Shown: positions 15,601-23,776 of the stretch, one piece after another | How positions within the stretch are numbered: the first letter of the stretch is position 1 | Layout: each line of letters begins with the position of its first letter | DNA from: an uncultured Gammaproteobacteria bacterium | GTDB lineage: Bacteria; Patescibacteriota; Patescibacteriia; Buchananbacterales; UBA6539 | DNA length: 64,000 bases | Direction of reading: 5' to 3' | NCBI GenBank assembly: GCA_964535715.1 | Contig: CAZHUO010000002.1 | Coordinates: forward strand, 16,916-80,915 | The notes under the pieces: model-generated | Databases searched by the model: none | Told to the model about the DNA's origin: nothing | The model's input: only the letters and a program-made list of their open reading frames with translations | Program-made: the position numbers and the translations under genes

Positions 15601-15765
15601 TGGTCGGGCTGGGGAGATTCGAACTCCCGACCTCCCCGCACTAATGTCCGCGAATTGGCATTTTTGAAATTTAAAGTTAGATTAGCGCGAACACCGCCTG
15701 CGGCTGGTATTTCAAGAGATGAGACAAGATAATAGACATGGTGCGGGGCAGGCATCATCCCGAAC
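15601..15765 (-). pseudogene. Disrupted tRNA-Pro remnant (3' part only, interrupted by a 119-bp insert)
   Basis: 15601-15633 is identical to the CCA, acceptor, T arm and variable loop of the intact tRNA. 15753-15765 (catcatcccgaac) is a mutated anticodon stem/loop. No 5' half is present. Confidence 0.7.
15634..15752. repeat. 119-bp IR-flanked insert at the variable-loop/anticodon-stem junction of the tRNA remnant
   Basis: CCCCGCAC (15634-15641) and GTGCGGGG (15741-15748). The same CCCCGCACTAAT word occurs at 5270-5281. Confidence 0.55.
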
Positions 15766-15790
15766 TTAAGTAAAGCAATTTTTAATTCTC

Positions 15791-15847
15791 TCGGGCTGGG
15801 GAGATTCGAACTCCCGACCTCATCGTCCCGAACGATGCGCGCTAGCC
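15791..15847 (-). pseudogene. tRNA-Pro 3' fragment (D-loop to acceptor, no CCA)
   Basis: 57 of 57 identical to 16149-16205 of the intact tRNA. It diverges on both sides. Confidence 0.8.
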
Positions 15848-16123
15848 CCCGCCAGAGGCGGGTCGGCCTTTGGCGGAAGCTGCTCTAATAATTATATTAC
15901 GAACTTGTCTTCCAAATCCACTTTTGTAAAATTTTTCTCTCATAATAGCATCCTGTTCGCATAAGTATTTTTCAAAATATAATAATATTAGATGACCATT
16001 CTCACGTGTCCATTTGTTCGATTTCTGATTATGTTGTTTTAATCTGTCTTCTGGATTAATTTTTGAGTAACCGACGTATATCTTTCCATTTTTTATACTT
16101 TTTAAAAAATATACATAAAACAT
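15842..16123 (-). CDS. GIY-YIG nuclease family protein
   Basis: MFYVYFLKSIKNGKIYVGYS...RLKQHN...REKFYKS. The stop TAG (15842-15844) lies inside the tRNA fragment. The GC-hairpin-encoded tail is AASAKGRPASGGG. Confidence 0.75.
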   Translation of the reverse strand: MFYVYFLKSIKNGKIYVGYSKINPEDRLKQHNQKSNKWTRENGHLILLYFEKYLCEQDAIMREKFYKSGFGRQVRNIIIRAASAKGRPASGGG

Positions 16124-16145
16124 AATGTAATTTATTAAATATATT

Positions 16146-16222
16146 TGGTCGGGCTGGGGAGATTCGAACTCCCGACCTCATCGTCCCGAACGATGCGCGC
16201 TAGCCAGCTGCGCTACAGCCCG
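16146..16222 (-). tRNA. tRNA-Pro (anticodon CGG), CCA encoded
   Basis: CGGGCTG-TA-GCGC-AGCTGGCTA-GCGC-G-CATCG-TTCGGGA-CGATG-AGGTC-GGGAG-TTCGAAT-CTCCC-CAGCCCG-A-CCA folds as a canonical 77-nt cloverleaf. Confidence 0.9.
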
Positions 16223-16311
16223 ATAAATAGCGATTAACCAATAACGGTTAACAGTCAATTATTATAGTTTATATTCTTTTTAGTATAAAATCAAGTTTAA
16301 GCCAAAAAGAT

Positions 16312-16347
16312 AAGGCCGCGTCATTTTGCAATAACGCGGCCTTTTTT
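16312..16347. terminator. Bidirectional hairpin terminator
   Basis: AAGGCCGCG (16312-16320) / CGCGGCCTT (16335-16343), T-run on plus, ATCTTTTT on minus. It lies downstream of the minus-strand gene at 16364. Confidence 0.6.
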
Positions 16348-16363
16348 GCGGGTTTTGGGGGAA

Positions 16364-16786
16364 TTATTTTTTCATAGAATCCCTTACTCTTTTTCTAGCC
16401 ATTACAAGCCAGAACATCTCGCAGGCGCTTATGTTAAGCGCAATGCCGAGAATCATGAGTAATAATCCAAATATTCCCTTTTGGGATGTCAGTAATGGAA
16501 TCGCAACAAGTGCAATTCCTAAACTTATCTGACATGCCCACCAGTACGGGTATTTGCGTGCGATTCTGCGGTGCGTCTTATTGGTAGCATCGCAAAAAAC
16601 CAAGCTTGCATAGGATATGAAGACGCCTAACCAAATGATTAACGTCCATATCATGCAAAGCATAGCCATCTCGGAAATTTTGCTGTAACGATCCGGATAA
16701 AACCTGTAGACCCAGCCAAACAGCACCATTATGCCGAGCAGCGCACAACACAGCTTTCCCATTCCATTCTTGTAATACCTGGTCAC
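16364..16786 (-). CDS. Hypothetical four-TM membrane protein, compositionally atypical
   Basis: 140 aa. GTG start with AGGAG 7 nt upstream. Sampled 60-nt lines give 22-30 G+C per 60, against about 17-20 per 60 in neighbouring genes. Confidence 0.6.
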   Translation of the reverse strand: MTRYYKNGMGKLCCALLGIMVLFGWVYRFYPDRYSKISEMAMLCMIWTLIIWLGVFISYASLVFCDATNKTHRRIARKYPYWWACQISLGIALVAIPLLTSQKGIFGLLLMILGIALNISACEMFWLVMARKRVRDSMKK

Positions 16787-16973
16787 CTTTTTTCTCCTTT
16801 TTTTTCTGTACAGCCCTGTACAATTTCCTTATCCTGATGCCCAAGAATGGAACTTATAACTATATCATATTTTTAATATTTTGTCAATATTTGAGGTAAA
16901 AATTGGTATTTTGACCGATTTTTGATTTAGAGGTAGAATGAAATAGCTTTAATTTGTTAAAATTTAGCGTTTT

Positions 16974-17666
16974 ATGACCAAAAAACACAATTTAAGCCAT
17001 ATTGGTATTATTATGGACGGCAACAGGCGCTGGGCCAAAAATAAGGGCTTACCGACTTTGGAAGGCCACCAAAAAGGCTACCAAAAGATGAAAAAAGTCG
17101 CCAAATGGTGTATTGACCGAGGCGTTAAGATATTAACAGTTTATGCTTTTTCAACGGAAAACTGGCATCGCCAAAAAAACGAAGTTAATTATCTAATGAA
17201 TCTGTTACGTGATGTTTTTAAAAAAGATTTTGACGAGCTTTCCAAACAAGGAATTAAAATCAAAGTCATTGGCCAAAAAGAGCGCCTGGCTTCTGATATT
17301 CAGCAAATAGTTGAAGAAGTTGAATTGAAAACTAAAAATAATAAAAAATTGCTGTTTCAAATCGCTATTTCTTATGGCGGCAGACCCGATATTGTCCAGT
17401 CGGTTAAAAAAATTGTTTCTCAAAATATCCCCGTTGAAAGAATTACCGAAGATCTGATTTCCAAAAACCTTTGGACTGCGGGAGTTTATGATCCCGATTT
17501 GATTGTTCGGACTTCCGGCGAACATCGTCTGTCTAATTTTTTAACTTGGCAGTCTGCCTATTCGGAGCTGATTTTTATTAAAAAACACTGGCCGGAGTTT
17601 TCTGAAAAAGATTTAGACAAGATTATCGCAGAATATAACAAAAGAAGTCGAAGATTCGGCAAATAA
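16974..17666 (+). CDS. uppS: Undecaprenyl-diphosphate synthase (isoprenyl transferase)
   Basis: HIGIIMDGNRRWAK, YAFSTENWHR, IRTSGEHRLSNFLTWQSAYSEL. Confidence 0.9.
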   Translation: MTKKHNLSHIGIIMDGNRRWAKNKGLPTLEGHQKGYQKMKKVAKWCIDRGVKILTVYAFSTENWHRQKNEVNYLMNLLRDVFKKDFDELSKQGIKIKVIGQKERLASDIQQIVEEVELKTKNNKKLLFQIAISYGGRPDIVQSVKKIVSQNIPVERITEDLISKNLWTAGVYDPDLIVRTSGEHRLSNFLTWQSAYSELIFIKKHWPEFSEKDLDKIIAEYNKRSRRFGK

Positions 17667-17671
17667 TAAAT

Positions 17672-17762
17672 ATCTAATATCTTAAATCTAACATCTAATA
17701 TCTACAAATTAAAAGATAAAATTCTTCATATTTTTTAGATTTAAGATCTAAGATTTAAGATT
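17672..17762. repeat. Word hairpin (ATCTTAAATCT / AGATTTAAGAT)
   Basis: ATCTTAAATCTA (17679-17690) is complementary to TAGATTTAAGAT (17736-17747) and to AGATTTAAGAT (17751-17761). Confidence 0.65.
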
Positions 17763-17773
17763 GAGCGAAGCGA

Positions 17774-19021
17774 ATGGATTTATTCGACGAAAAACTTAAA
17801 AATGACCTAAAAGCCAATGCACCCCTGGCTGACCGAATGCGGCCGGAAACACTGGCTGATTTTGCCGGCCAAAAAGAAGTTGTCGGGGAAGGCAAGCTTT
17901 TGCGCCAGGCGATTGAAAGCGACCAGATACCTTCAATGATTTTTTGGGGCCCGCCGGGAACAGGCAAAAGCACTTTGGCAAGAATTATTGCAAAAATGAC
18001 CAAATCGGTTTTTGTCCAGCTTTCGGCAGTGAGTTCAGGAGTTAAAGAATTTCGGGAAATTATTAAAGTGGCTCAAGATCAGAGGAAATTCAATGGCCAA
18101 AGGACAATCCTTTTTATTGACGAAATCCATCGCTGGAATAAAGCCCAGCAGGATGGCCTTTTGCCGTATGTTGAACAGGGAATAATTACGTTAATTGGCG
18201 CGACAACGGAAAATCCGAGCTTTGAAGTGGTTTCAGCTTTGCTTTCGCGTTGCCGGGTTTTTGTTTTAAACCAGCTAAGCGACCATGATATAGAAAAAAT
18301 AATTGCCCGAGGTTTAAAAATCGGTTTTCCCGGCTTAAAAATCGGTCTGGATGACGAAACCAGCCGTTACTTAGCGGGCTTGTCAAACGGCGATGCTAGA
18401 GTCGCTTTAAATGCTTTGGAATTTGCCGTTAATTCAACCAGGCCTAATTCAGTCGGCAAAATTATTTTAAATAAAGATACAATTAAAGAATCGCTGCAAA
18501 AGTCAAGCTTTTTGTATGATAAAGGCGGGGATCAACATTATAATATCATTTCCGCCCTGCATAAATCAGTTCGCGGAGGCAATGCCGATGCCGCTTTATA
18601 TTGGCTTGGCCGTATGCTTGAAGCGGGCGAGGATCCGCTTTATATTGCCAGGCGCTTGGTTCGAATGTCTGTTGAAGATATTGGTTTGGCTAATTCCCAG
18701 GCTCTTGAACAAGCTGTCGCCTGTTACCAAGGCTGCCATTTTTTGGGAATGCCTGAATGTAATATAATTTTAGCGCAATGCGTGGTTTACTTGGCAAAAT
18801 CAAAAAAATCGGTTGAAATTTACCAAGCTTATGGTAAGGTTAAGGAAGATGTTAAAGCCACAATGGATGAACCGGTACCGCTTCATTTGCGCAATGCACC
18901 AACCAAGCTGATGAAAGACTTAAATTATGGCAAAGATTACAAGTATTCTCCGGATTATGATTGGCAGGAAGACCAGGAGTATTTACCCGCCAAAATTAAA
19001 GGTAATAGATATCTAAAATAG
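17774..19021 (+). CDS. rarA: Replication-associated recombination protein A (AAA+ ATPase)
   Basis: [77 protein letters not shown]. Confidence 0.9.
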   Translation: MDLFDEKLKNDLKANAPLADRMRPETLADFAGQKEVVGEGKLLRQAIESDQIPSMIFWGPPGTGKSTLARIIAKMTKSVFVQLSAVSSGVKEFREIIKVAQDQRKFNGQRTILFIDEIHRWNKAQQDGLLPYVEQGIITLIGATTENPSFEVVSALLSRCRVFVLNQLSDHDIEKIIARGLKIGFPGLKIGLDDETSRYLAGLSNGDARVALNALEFAVNSTRPNSVGKIILNKDTIKESLQKSSFLYDKGGDQHYNIISALHKSVRGGNADAALYWLGRMLEAGEDPLYIARRLVRMSVEDIGLANSQALEQAVACYQGCHFLGMPECNIILAQCVVYLAKSKKSVEIYQAYGKVKEDVKATMDEPVPLHLRNAPTKLMKDLNYGKDYKYSPDYDWQEDQEYLPAKIKGNRYLK

Positions 19022-19124
19022 CTTATATCTGGCATGAAATATTGTAAATTAATCCCTTATGACTTTATAATGACGGCGGGTTTGCCGGAAAAGTTGAAGG
19101 GGAGAAAGTATCTTAAGTAAGCAC

Positions 19125-19266
19125 CAAATTCCAAATTACAAATAATAAACAAATCTCAAATTATAAATTCAAAATTCCAACGGGTAAGCTTAAGGGTTTG
19201 TGATTTGTGATTTTAAACATTGTAATTTGTTTGAAATTTGAGATTTGGAATTTGTAATTTATTATT
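19125..19266. repeat. Composite AT-rich word hairpin (AAATTCCAAAT / AAATTACAAAT / AAATCTCAAAT words)
   Basis: AAATCTCAAATT (left) / AATTTGAGATTT (right) and AAATTACAAAT / ATTTGTAATTT are complementary. It overlaps the track's extended N-terminus of the Nudix ORF. Confidence 0.6.
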
Positions 19267-19268
19267 CT

Positions 19269-19715
19269 ATGCTTCGCCAAAAAACAATCGGCATAATCAC
19301 TTTTAAGTTCGAAGGGCGGGGAATCCGCTATCTGCTTTTGCATCACGGCGGAGAATATTGGAATTTTTCCAAAGGCAGGCAGGAAGGGCTTGAAACCGAG
19401 ATAGATTCGGCTTTGCGCGAGCTCAAAGAAGAAACCGGAATTGAAAAAATTAATATTATTGAAGGCTTTAAGGATGAATATGACTATGATTTTGATACTC
19501 AAATTAAGGATGGATTAAGAAAAAAGGTCTGCAAAAAAGCGATATTTTTTTTAGGAGAAGTAATGCAGGATAAAGTAAAAATTTCCGATGAACATATTGA
19601 TTTTGGCTGGTTTGATTTTGAAACTGCTTTAGAAAGGCTATTTTATCAGGAAGGCCGTGATTCTTTGAAAAAAGCTCATCAGTTTATTTTAAAACGGCAG
19701 GATTTTGTGCTATAA
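19269..19715 (+). CDS. NUDIX hydrolase (Ap4A-hydrolase-like)
   Basis: Nudix box KGRQEGLETEIDSALRELKEETGI. I prefer ATG 19269 because 19245-19268 lies in the hairpin. Confidence 0.8.
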   Translation: MLRQKTIGIITFKFEGRGIRYLLLHHGGEYWNFSKGRQEGLETEIDSALRELKEETGIEKINIIEGFKDEYDYDFDTQIKDGLRKKVCKKAIFFLGEVMQDKVKISDEHIDFGWFDFETALERLFYQEGRDSLKKAHQFILKRQDFVL

Positions 19716-19800
19716 TTACGAGCGAGGGACAAATGAAAATTTATTTTCATTTGGAACGAGTGAAGTAATTTCATGGCTGCCGAAGGCAGACATGTAATAA

Positions 19801-19879
19801 CTACGAATACGAATTCTTACGAATATACGAATCACCATTCTAAGCTATTTGTATATTCGTATTTATTCGTATTTCGTAG
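19801..19879. repeat. Word hairpin (ACGAAT / ATTCGT)
   Basis: CTACGAATACGAATTCTTACGAATATAC versus GTATATTCGTATTTATTCGTATTTCGTAG, directly before the pilT ATG. Confidence 0.7.
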
Positions 19880-19880
19880 A

Positions 19881-20927
19881 ATGATGGATATAAATAAATA
19901 TTTTGATTTAGCAATAAAGAAAGGCGCTTCCGATCTTCATTTGGTTGCCGGCTGTAAATCGACTTTGAGAGTTGAGGGGAATTTACAGGTTATTGATGAT
20001 GGAATTTTAGACCAAAAAGAATTAGAAACAGCGGTTTTTTCTTTAATGAAAGAAGAAGATATTGATTTTTTTAAAAAAAACAAAGAGCTTGATTTTGCCC
20101 TGGATATTTCCGGCGGTAATTTTAGAGTTAATCTGCATCAACAGGAAGGTAAAATCGGAATTGCAGCCAGAGTCATTCCTGACAGAATTCCCGAACCTCA
20201 GGATATTATGTTTAGCGAAACAATGTATAATTTAAGCCATTTAAATCACGGCTTAATCCTGATTACCGGACCGTCAGGTTGCGGCAAATCAACGACGCTT
20301 GCAGTTCTGATAAATTTAATAAATAAAGAGCGTCGGGCGCACATCATTACGATTGAAGATCCAGTAGAGTTTATTTTTAATGAAAATCAAAGCATTATTG
20401 AGCAAAGAGAAATCGGCCGTGATACCAAATCCTTTAGCGAAGCTTTAAAAAGAGCATTGCGCCAAGACCCCAATGTCATAATGGTTGGCGAAATGCGCGA
20501 TTTGGAAACAATCTCAGCGACTTTGACTGCCGCTGAAACCGGCCATTTGGTTCTTTCCACTTTGCATACAAGCACAGCTAATGAGACCATTGAAAGGATT
20601 GTCGATATTTTTCCGGCTCACCGGCAAAAGCAGATTTTGCTTCAGCTGGGATCAACTTTGCGGGCAGTAGTCTGCCAGCAGATTTTACCCAAGAAAGGCG
20701 GCGGTTTGATTGTTGCCAGAGAAATAATGATAAATACTCCGGCTATTTCCAGCTTGATTCGGGAAGGAAAAATTGCCCATATCAACTCGGCAATTCAGAC
20801 CGGAAAAAGCGAAGGCATGATTACAATGGATACATCATTGAAAAGTTTGTATAAAGAAGGGTTGATTGAAAAGCAGGTTTATTTAAACAGGACCAGTAAA
20901 AGTGATACTTTAAATACTTATTATTAA
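19881..20927 (+). CDS. pilT: Type IV pilus retraction ATPase PilT
   Basis: GASDLHL, Walker A GPSGCGKSTT, DPNVIMVGEMRD, TGHLVLSTLHT. Start moved to ATG 19881, downstream of the hairpins. Confidence 0.85.
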   Translation: MMDINKYFDLAIKKGASDLHLVAGCKSTLRVEGNLQVIDDGILDQKELETAVFSLMKEEDIDFFKKNKELDFALDISGGNFRVNLHQQEGKIGIAARVIPDRIPEPQDIMFSETMYNLSHLNHGLILITGPSGCGKSTTLAVLINLINKERRAHIITIEDPVEFIFNENQSIIEQREIGRDTKSFSEALKRALRQDPNVIMVGEMRDLETISATLTAAETGHLVLSTLHTSTANETIERIVDIFPAHRQKQILLQLGSTLRAVVCQQILPKKGGGLIVAREIMINTPAISSLIREGKIAHINSAIQTGKSEGMITMDTSLKSLYKEGLIEKQVYLNRTSKSDTLNTYY

Positions 20928-20937
20928 TTTAAAGGCT

Positions 20938-21276
20938 ATGACCGATGAAAAATGGAATGATATAATTTCTAAAATAAAAGACAATTTTGAGTTGATAAGC
21001 CATAAAAATGAAGATCTTGATGAGGAAATTGGTCCGGGAACGATAGAAATTGTTGAATTTATCGGCCCTTTGGGCAAAATGAAGCTTGAACGCACAACCA
21101 AACCTCTGATGATTGATAAAAAAACAATCGGTTCAAAGCGGATTGGAAGCAATACTACGGTTGAATATCTTTATTCAGACACTGAAAAGGTTCATAAATT
21201 TAAAGCATATCGGTACAATGATAAAGATGAAATCTGGAATGAAATGGAAATGCAGAAAAGCGGAATGTTTTTTTAA
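20938..21276 (+). CDS. Hypothetical protein
   Basis: 112-aa ORF with host-like composition. No motif recognised. Confidence 0.5.
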   Translation: MTDEKWNDIISKIKDNFELISHKNEDLDEEIGPGTIEIVEFIGPLGKMKLERTTKPLMIDKKTIGSKRIGSNTTVEYLYSDTEKVHKFKAYRYNDKDEIWNEMEMQKSGMFF

Positions 21277-21318
21277 TCGTTAAGAGTTAATTTTATTTTA
21301 TTTATTCTAATTTAATTT

Positions 21319-21699
21319 ATGAAAAAAAATATAAAAATCTTAGTTTTTCTTTCTTTAATAGTAATCTTATCTGCCTGTACATTGAAAAAAAATGAAGTTA
21401 ATGATCCGGCCGTGAAAAGCGATGCTGAAAAAAAAGAAAATATAATAAAAGTTGAAAAAGAATATAAGTCGGCGCTTGTTGAGATTCTAAAGCCTTACTG
21501 GGAAAGCCAGCAAATTGCCGGGATTAAAGATAAAATTTTGGAATTGCGGGCTCCGGCGGAGGATTTTAATTTGCATTTTAACCTGGTGGTCGCTTTTGAG
21601 CTTTTGGAACAGGGCCAGGCTGAATCCGATCAGTCTAAGATTGAAGAGGGAATGGAAAAAATCAAAAAACTTCAAGAAGAATATTCATGGATTAAATAA
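21319..21699 (+). CDS. Putative lipoprotein
   Basis: Signal peptide with lipobox LILSAC. Confidence 0.6.
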   Translation: MKKNIKILVFLSLIVILSACTLKKNEVNDPAVKSDAEKKENIIKVEKEYKSALVEILKPYWESQQIAGIKDKILELRAPAEDFNLHFNLVVAFELLEQGQAESDQSKIEEGMEKIKKLQEEYSWIK

Positions 21700-21704
21700 A
21701 GCAT

Positions 21705-22202
21705 ATGCATACAAAATTAAACAAATGCCAAAAAGGCGTCACTTTAATAGAGTTAATGGTAAGTGTCTTGATTATCATATTGCTTGCAACCATTGGTATG
21801 ATTGCCATAAAGAATTCCCGGGCAAAGGCCAGAGACGCCAAAAGAGTTTATGATTTGCAGCAATACGCAAAAGCAATAAGGCTTTATGCCCAGTCAAGCC
21901 CCTCCGGCACCTATCCGCCAACCGCCGGTTTTCTGGGTAAAAATCATTTATCAGAAGATATTAATGACCAGCTGAAGCTATATATTCCGGATTTGCCAAG
22001 CGATCCGCTGGATTTAGGAGGAGATGTTGGAAATTATTTTTATTATTACATACCTGATAACAGCTGCTATGGCGGTGTTTATCCAACAGTGCATGTTTTA
22101 AACATAGAAACTTCAAATCCTGAATATAAAAAAAATGATTGTACTGACGGAAGTTCTGACAGGGGAGCGAATGCTGCAGACTATCTAATTATTATTCGCT
22201 AA
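21705..22202 (+). CDS. Type IV pilin-like protein (prepilin N-terminal cleavage/methylation domain)
   Basis: KG|VTLIELMVSVLIIILLATIGMIAI with Glu at +5. Confidence 0.8.
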   Translation: MHTKLNKCQKGVTLIELMVSVLIIILLATIGMIAIKNSRAKARDAKRVYDLQQYAKAIRLYAQSSPSGTYPPTAGFLGKNHLSEDINDQLKLYIPDLPSDPLDLGGDVGNYFYYYIPDNSCYGGVYPTVHVLNIETSNPEYKKNDCTDGSSDRGANAADYLIIIR

Positions 22203-22204
22203 AT

Positions 22205-23008
22205 ATGGAAAAAATCAAAAGGCTTAAAGAAAAATTAAGTAATAAAATTGCAAGAAAAAAGAGCATTAAAACTGGCAAAAATGTGAAATCAAGCTGTTTG
22301 ATGTTTGCGATTATTTTTTTAATGGTTTTTATTTTTATTTTTGTCTTATTGGTTGTTAAAACCGGCGCCGCAAGAGTGCCTATTTTATCGAAGGCTTTTT
22401 ACCAAAAACCTCAGCCAACAAGAGTCATCAGCATAGAGCCGGGCTATAAGGAGGAAGGTGGCGTTTTTTCGGACAAGACCACATTTATTTTAAAAATACC
22501 CGAGAAGAGCTTAACATTTACTTTGAGAGAAGAATTTATTAATAAAAGTCCGAACGCTTTTTTCAGGCCCGATATACAGATAGTTATTACTCCGAATGAA
22601 TTGGAATTTTATTCTTCACTTGTTAAGCCTTCCGATATGGCAATTATTTTTGGCATTAAGCCGGAAATTTCCAATGAAAAAATAGATTTCAAAATTACAA
22701 AGTTAAGAATCGGAAGTTTAAATATCCATCCCAATATTGCGGATTTTGTTATCCGCAAAATTATTGGGCGCAAAGTTACGCCAAATCTTCAAAAAAATAT
22801 AATGGAAAAATTAAACATGCTGGCCGATATAAATAGTTTTGAAATGTCTGAAGGAATGATAAATTTTTCTTTGGTGATGAAAATCAAACCCAACACAGAT
22901 GGTTCTGACTTAACGGAAGAACAGCTAAAATCGCTGGAAAATATCGATCTGACCGAAGAAAAAATAAACATTTTGAAAGAACAGCTCAAATCTAAAAATT
23001 TGCAATGA
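22205..23008 (+). CDS. Hypothetical single-pass membrane protein
   Basis: One N-terminal TM segment. Start 3 nt after the pilin gene stop. Confidence 0.55.
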   Translation: MEKIKRLKEKLSNKIARKKSIKTGKNVKSSCLMFAIIFLMVFIFIFVLLVVKTGAARVPILSKAFYQKPQPTRVISIEPGYKEEGGVFSDKTTFILKIPEKSLTFTLREEFINKSPNAFFRPDIQIVITPNELEFYSSLVKPSDMAIIFGIKPEISNEKIDFKITKLRIGSLNIHPNIADFVIRKIIGRKVTPNLQKNIMEKLNMLADINSFEMSEGMINFSLVMKIKPNTDGSDLTEEQLKSLENIDLTEEKINILKEQLKSKNLQ

Positions 23009-23772
23009 AATTACTTAATAAAATAATCCCGTTTTTGACCTCTTTTTCAATTATCGTTTTGCTTGAAATTCTGATAAAATATCCAAAAAGCATTTATTTG
23101 GTTGTAATTATTTCCTCATTATTAATTGTTTTCAGCGTTTATCAGATTACCGGCAGGATTTTATTTAAAAACGGCAATTTTTTAAATTTAGTCACAACCC
23201 CGTTATTTTTATTTGCCGGCAGTTTTATATTCATGATTTTTTTGGAAAATGTAATAGCCAGGCAATTTGTCATTATTTTGCTTTCGGTATTGATATTTGC
23301 GGTTTTACAGTCAACTACATTGAAGTTTAATTTTAGGCCGAAATATCAGCCCCACTCACTGGAAAACATCATTGACCATGCCAATTTGCTTAGCCTGTTT
23401 TTGATTTCTTGCAGCCTTTTCAGCCTGTCGATTTTCTTGGCGGTTCCCTTGTATATTTTGATAATTTCTTTTGTCGTTTTTATTATTTTAATCGCTTCTC
23501 AGCTTTTGTGGTTTAGTGAAACTTCGATCAGATCCAGCTGGCCGTATTTATTTGTAATAATAATTTTGATGCTTGAAACTTTTATTGTTGTCAGTTTTCT
23601 GCCGACCAGTATTTATGTCAACGGTATGATTTTGACTTTGTCTTATTATCTGCTCGGCGGGATATTAAAAAATTGGCTTTTAGGGATACGAGAAAACAAG
23701 GTAATTAAGCGCTATTTATTTGCAAGCGCAATAAGCTTAATAATAATTTTAGCCACCGCCAAGTGGTTTTAA
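23005..23772 (+). CDS. Hypothetical polytopic membrane protein
   Basis: About 7 hydrophobic segments. ATGA overlap with the upstream gene. Confidence 0.55.
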   Translation: MKLLNKIIPFLTSFSIIVLLEILIKYPKSIYLVVIISSLLIVFSVYQITGRILFKNGNFLNLVTTPLFLFAGSFIFMIFLENVIARQFVIILLSVLIFAVLQSTTLKFNFRPKYQPHSLENIIDHANLLSLFLISCSLFSLSIFLAVPLYILIISFVVFIILIASQLLWFSETSIRSSWPYLFVIIILMLETFIVVSFLPTSIYVNGMILTLSYYLLGGILKNWLLGIRENKVIKRYLFASAISLIIILATAKWF

Positions 23773-23776
23773 AAAT

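Noticed and set aside
15601-15780. tmRNA hypothesis for the tRNA-like T arm, acceptor and CCA preceded by a long structured segment.
   Set aside because: The acceptor 3' strand is CAGCCCG, which gives G3:C70 and no G:U alanine identity pair. No complementary 5' strand or tag reading frame lies upstream. The segment is identical to the tRNA-Pro 3' end, so it is a duplicated fragment.
19161-19502. A minus-strand 113-codon ORF overlapping the Nudix gene and the AT-rich hairpin.
   Set aside because: It overlaps a CDS with a clear Nudix box on the other strand. Its N-terminal part is encoded by the low-complexity hairpin.
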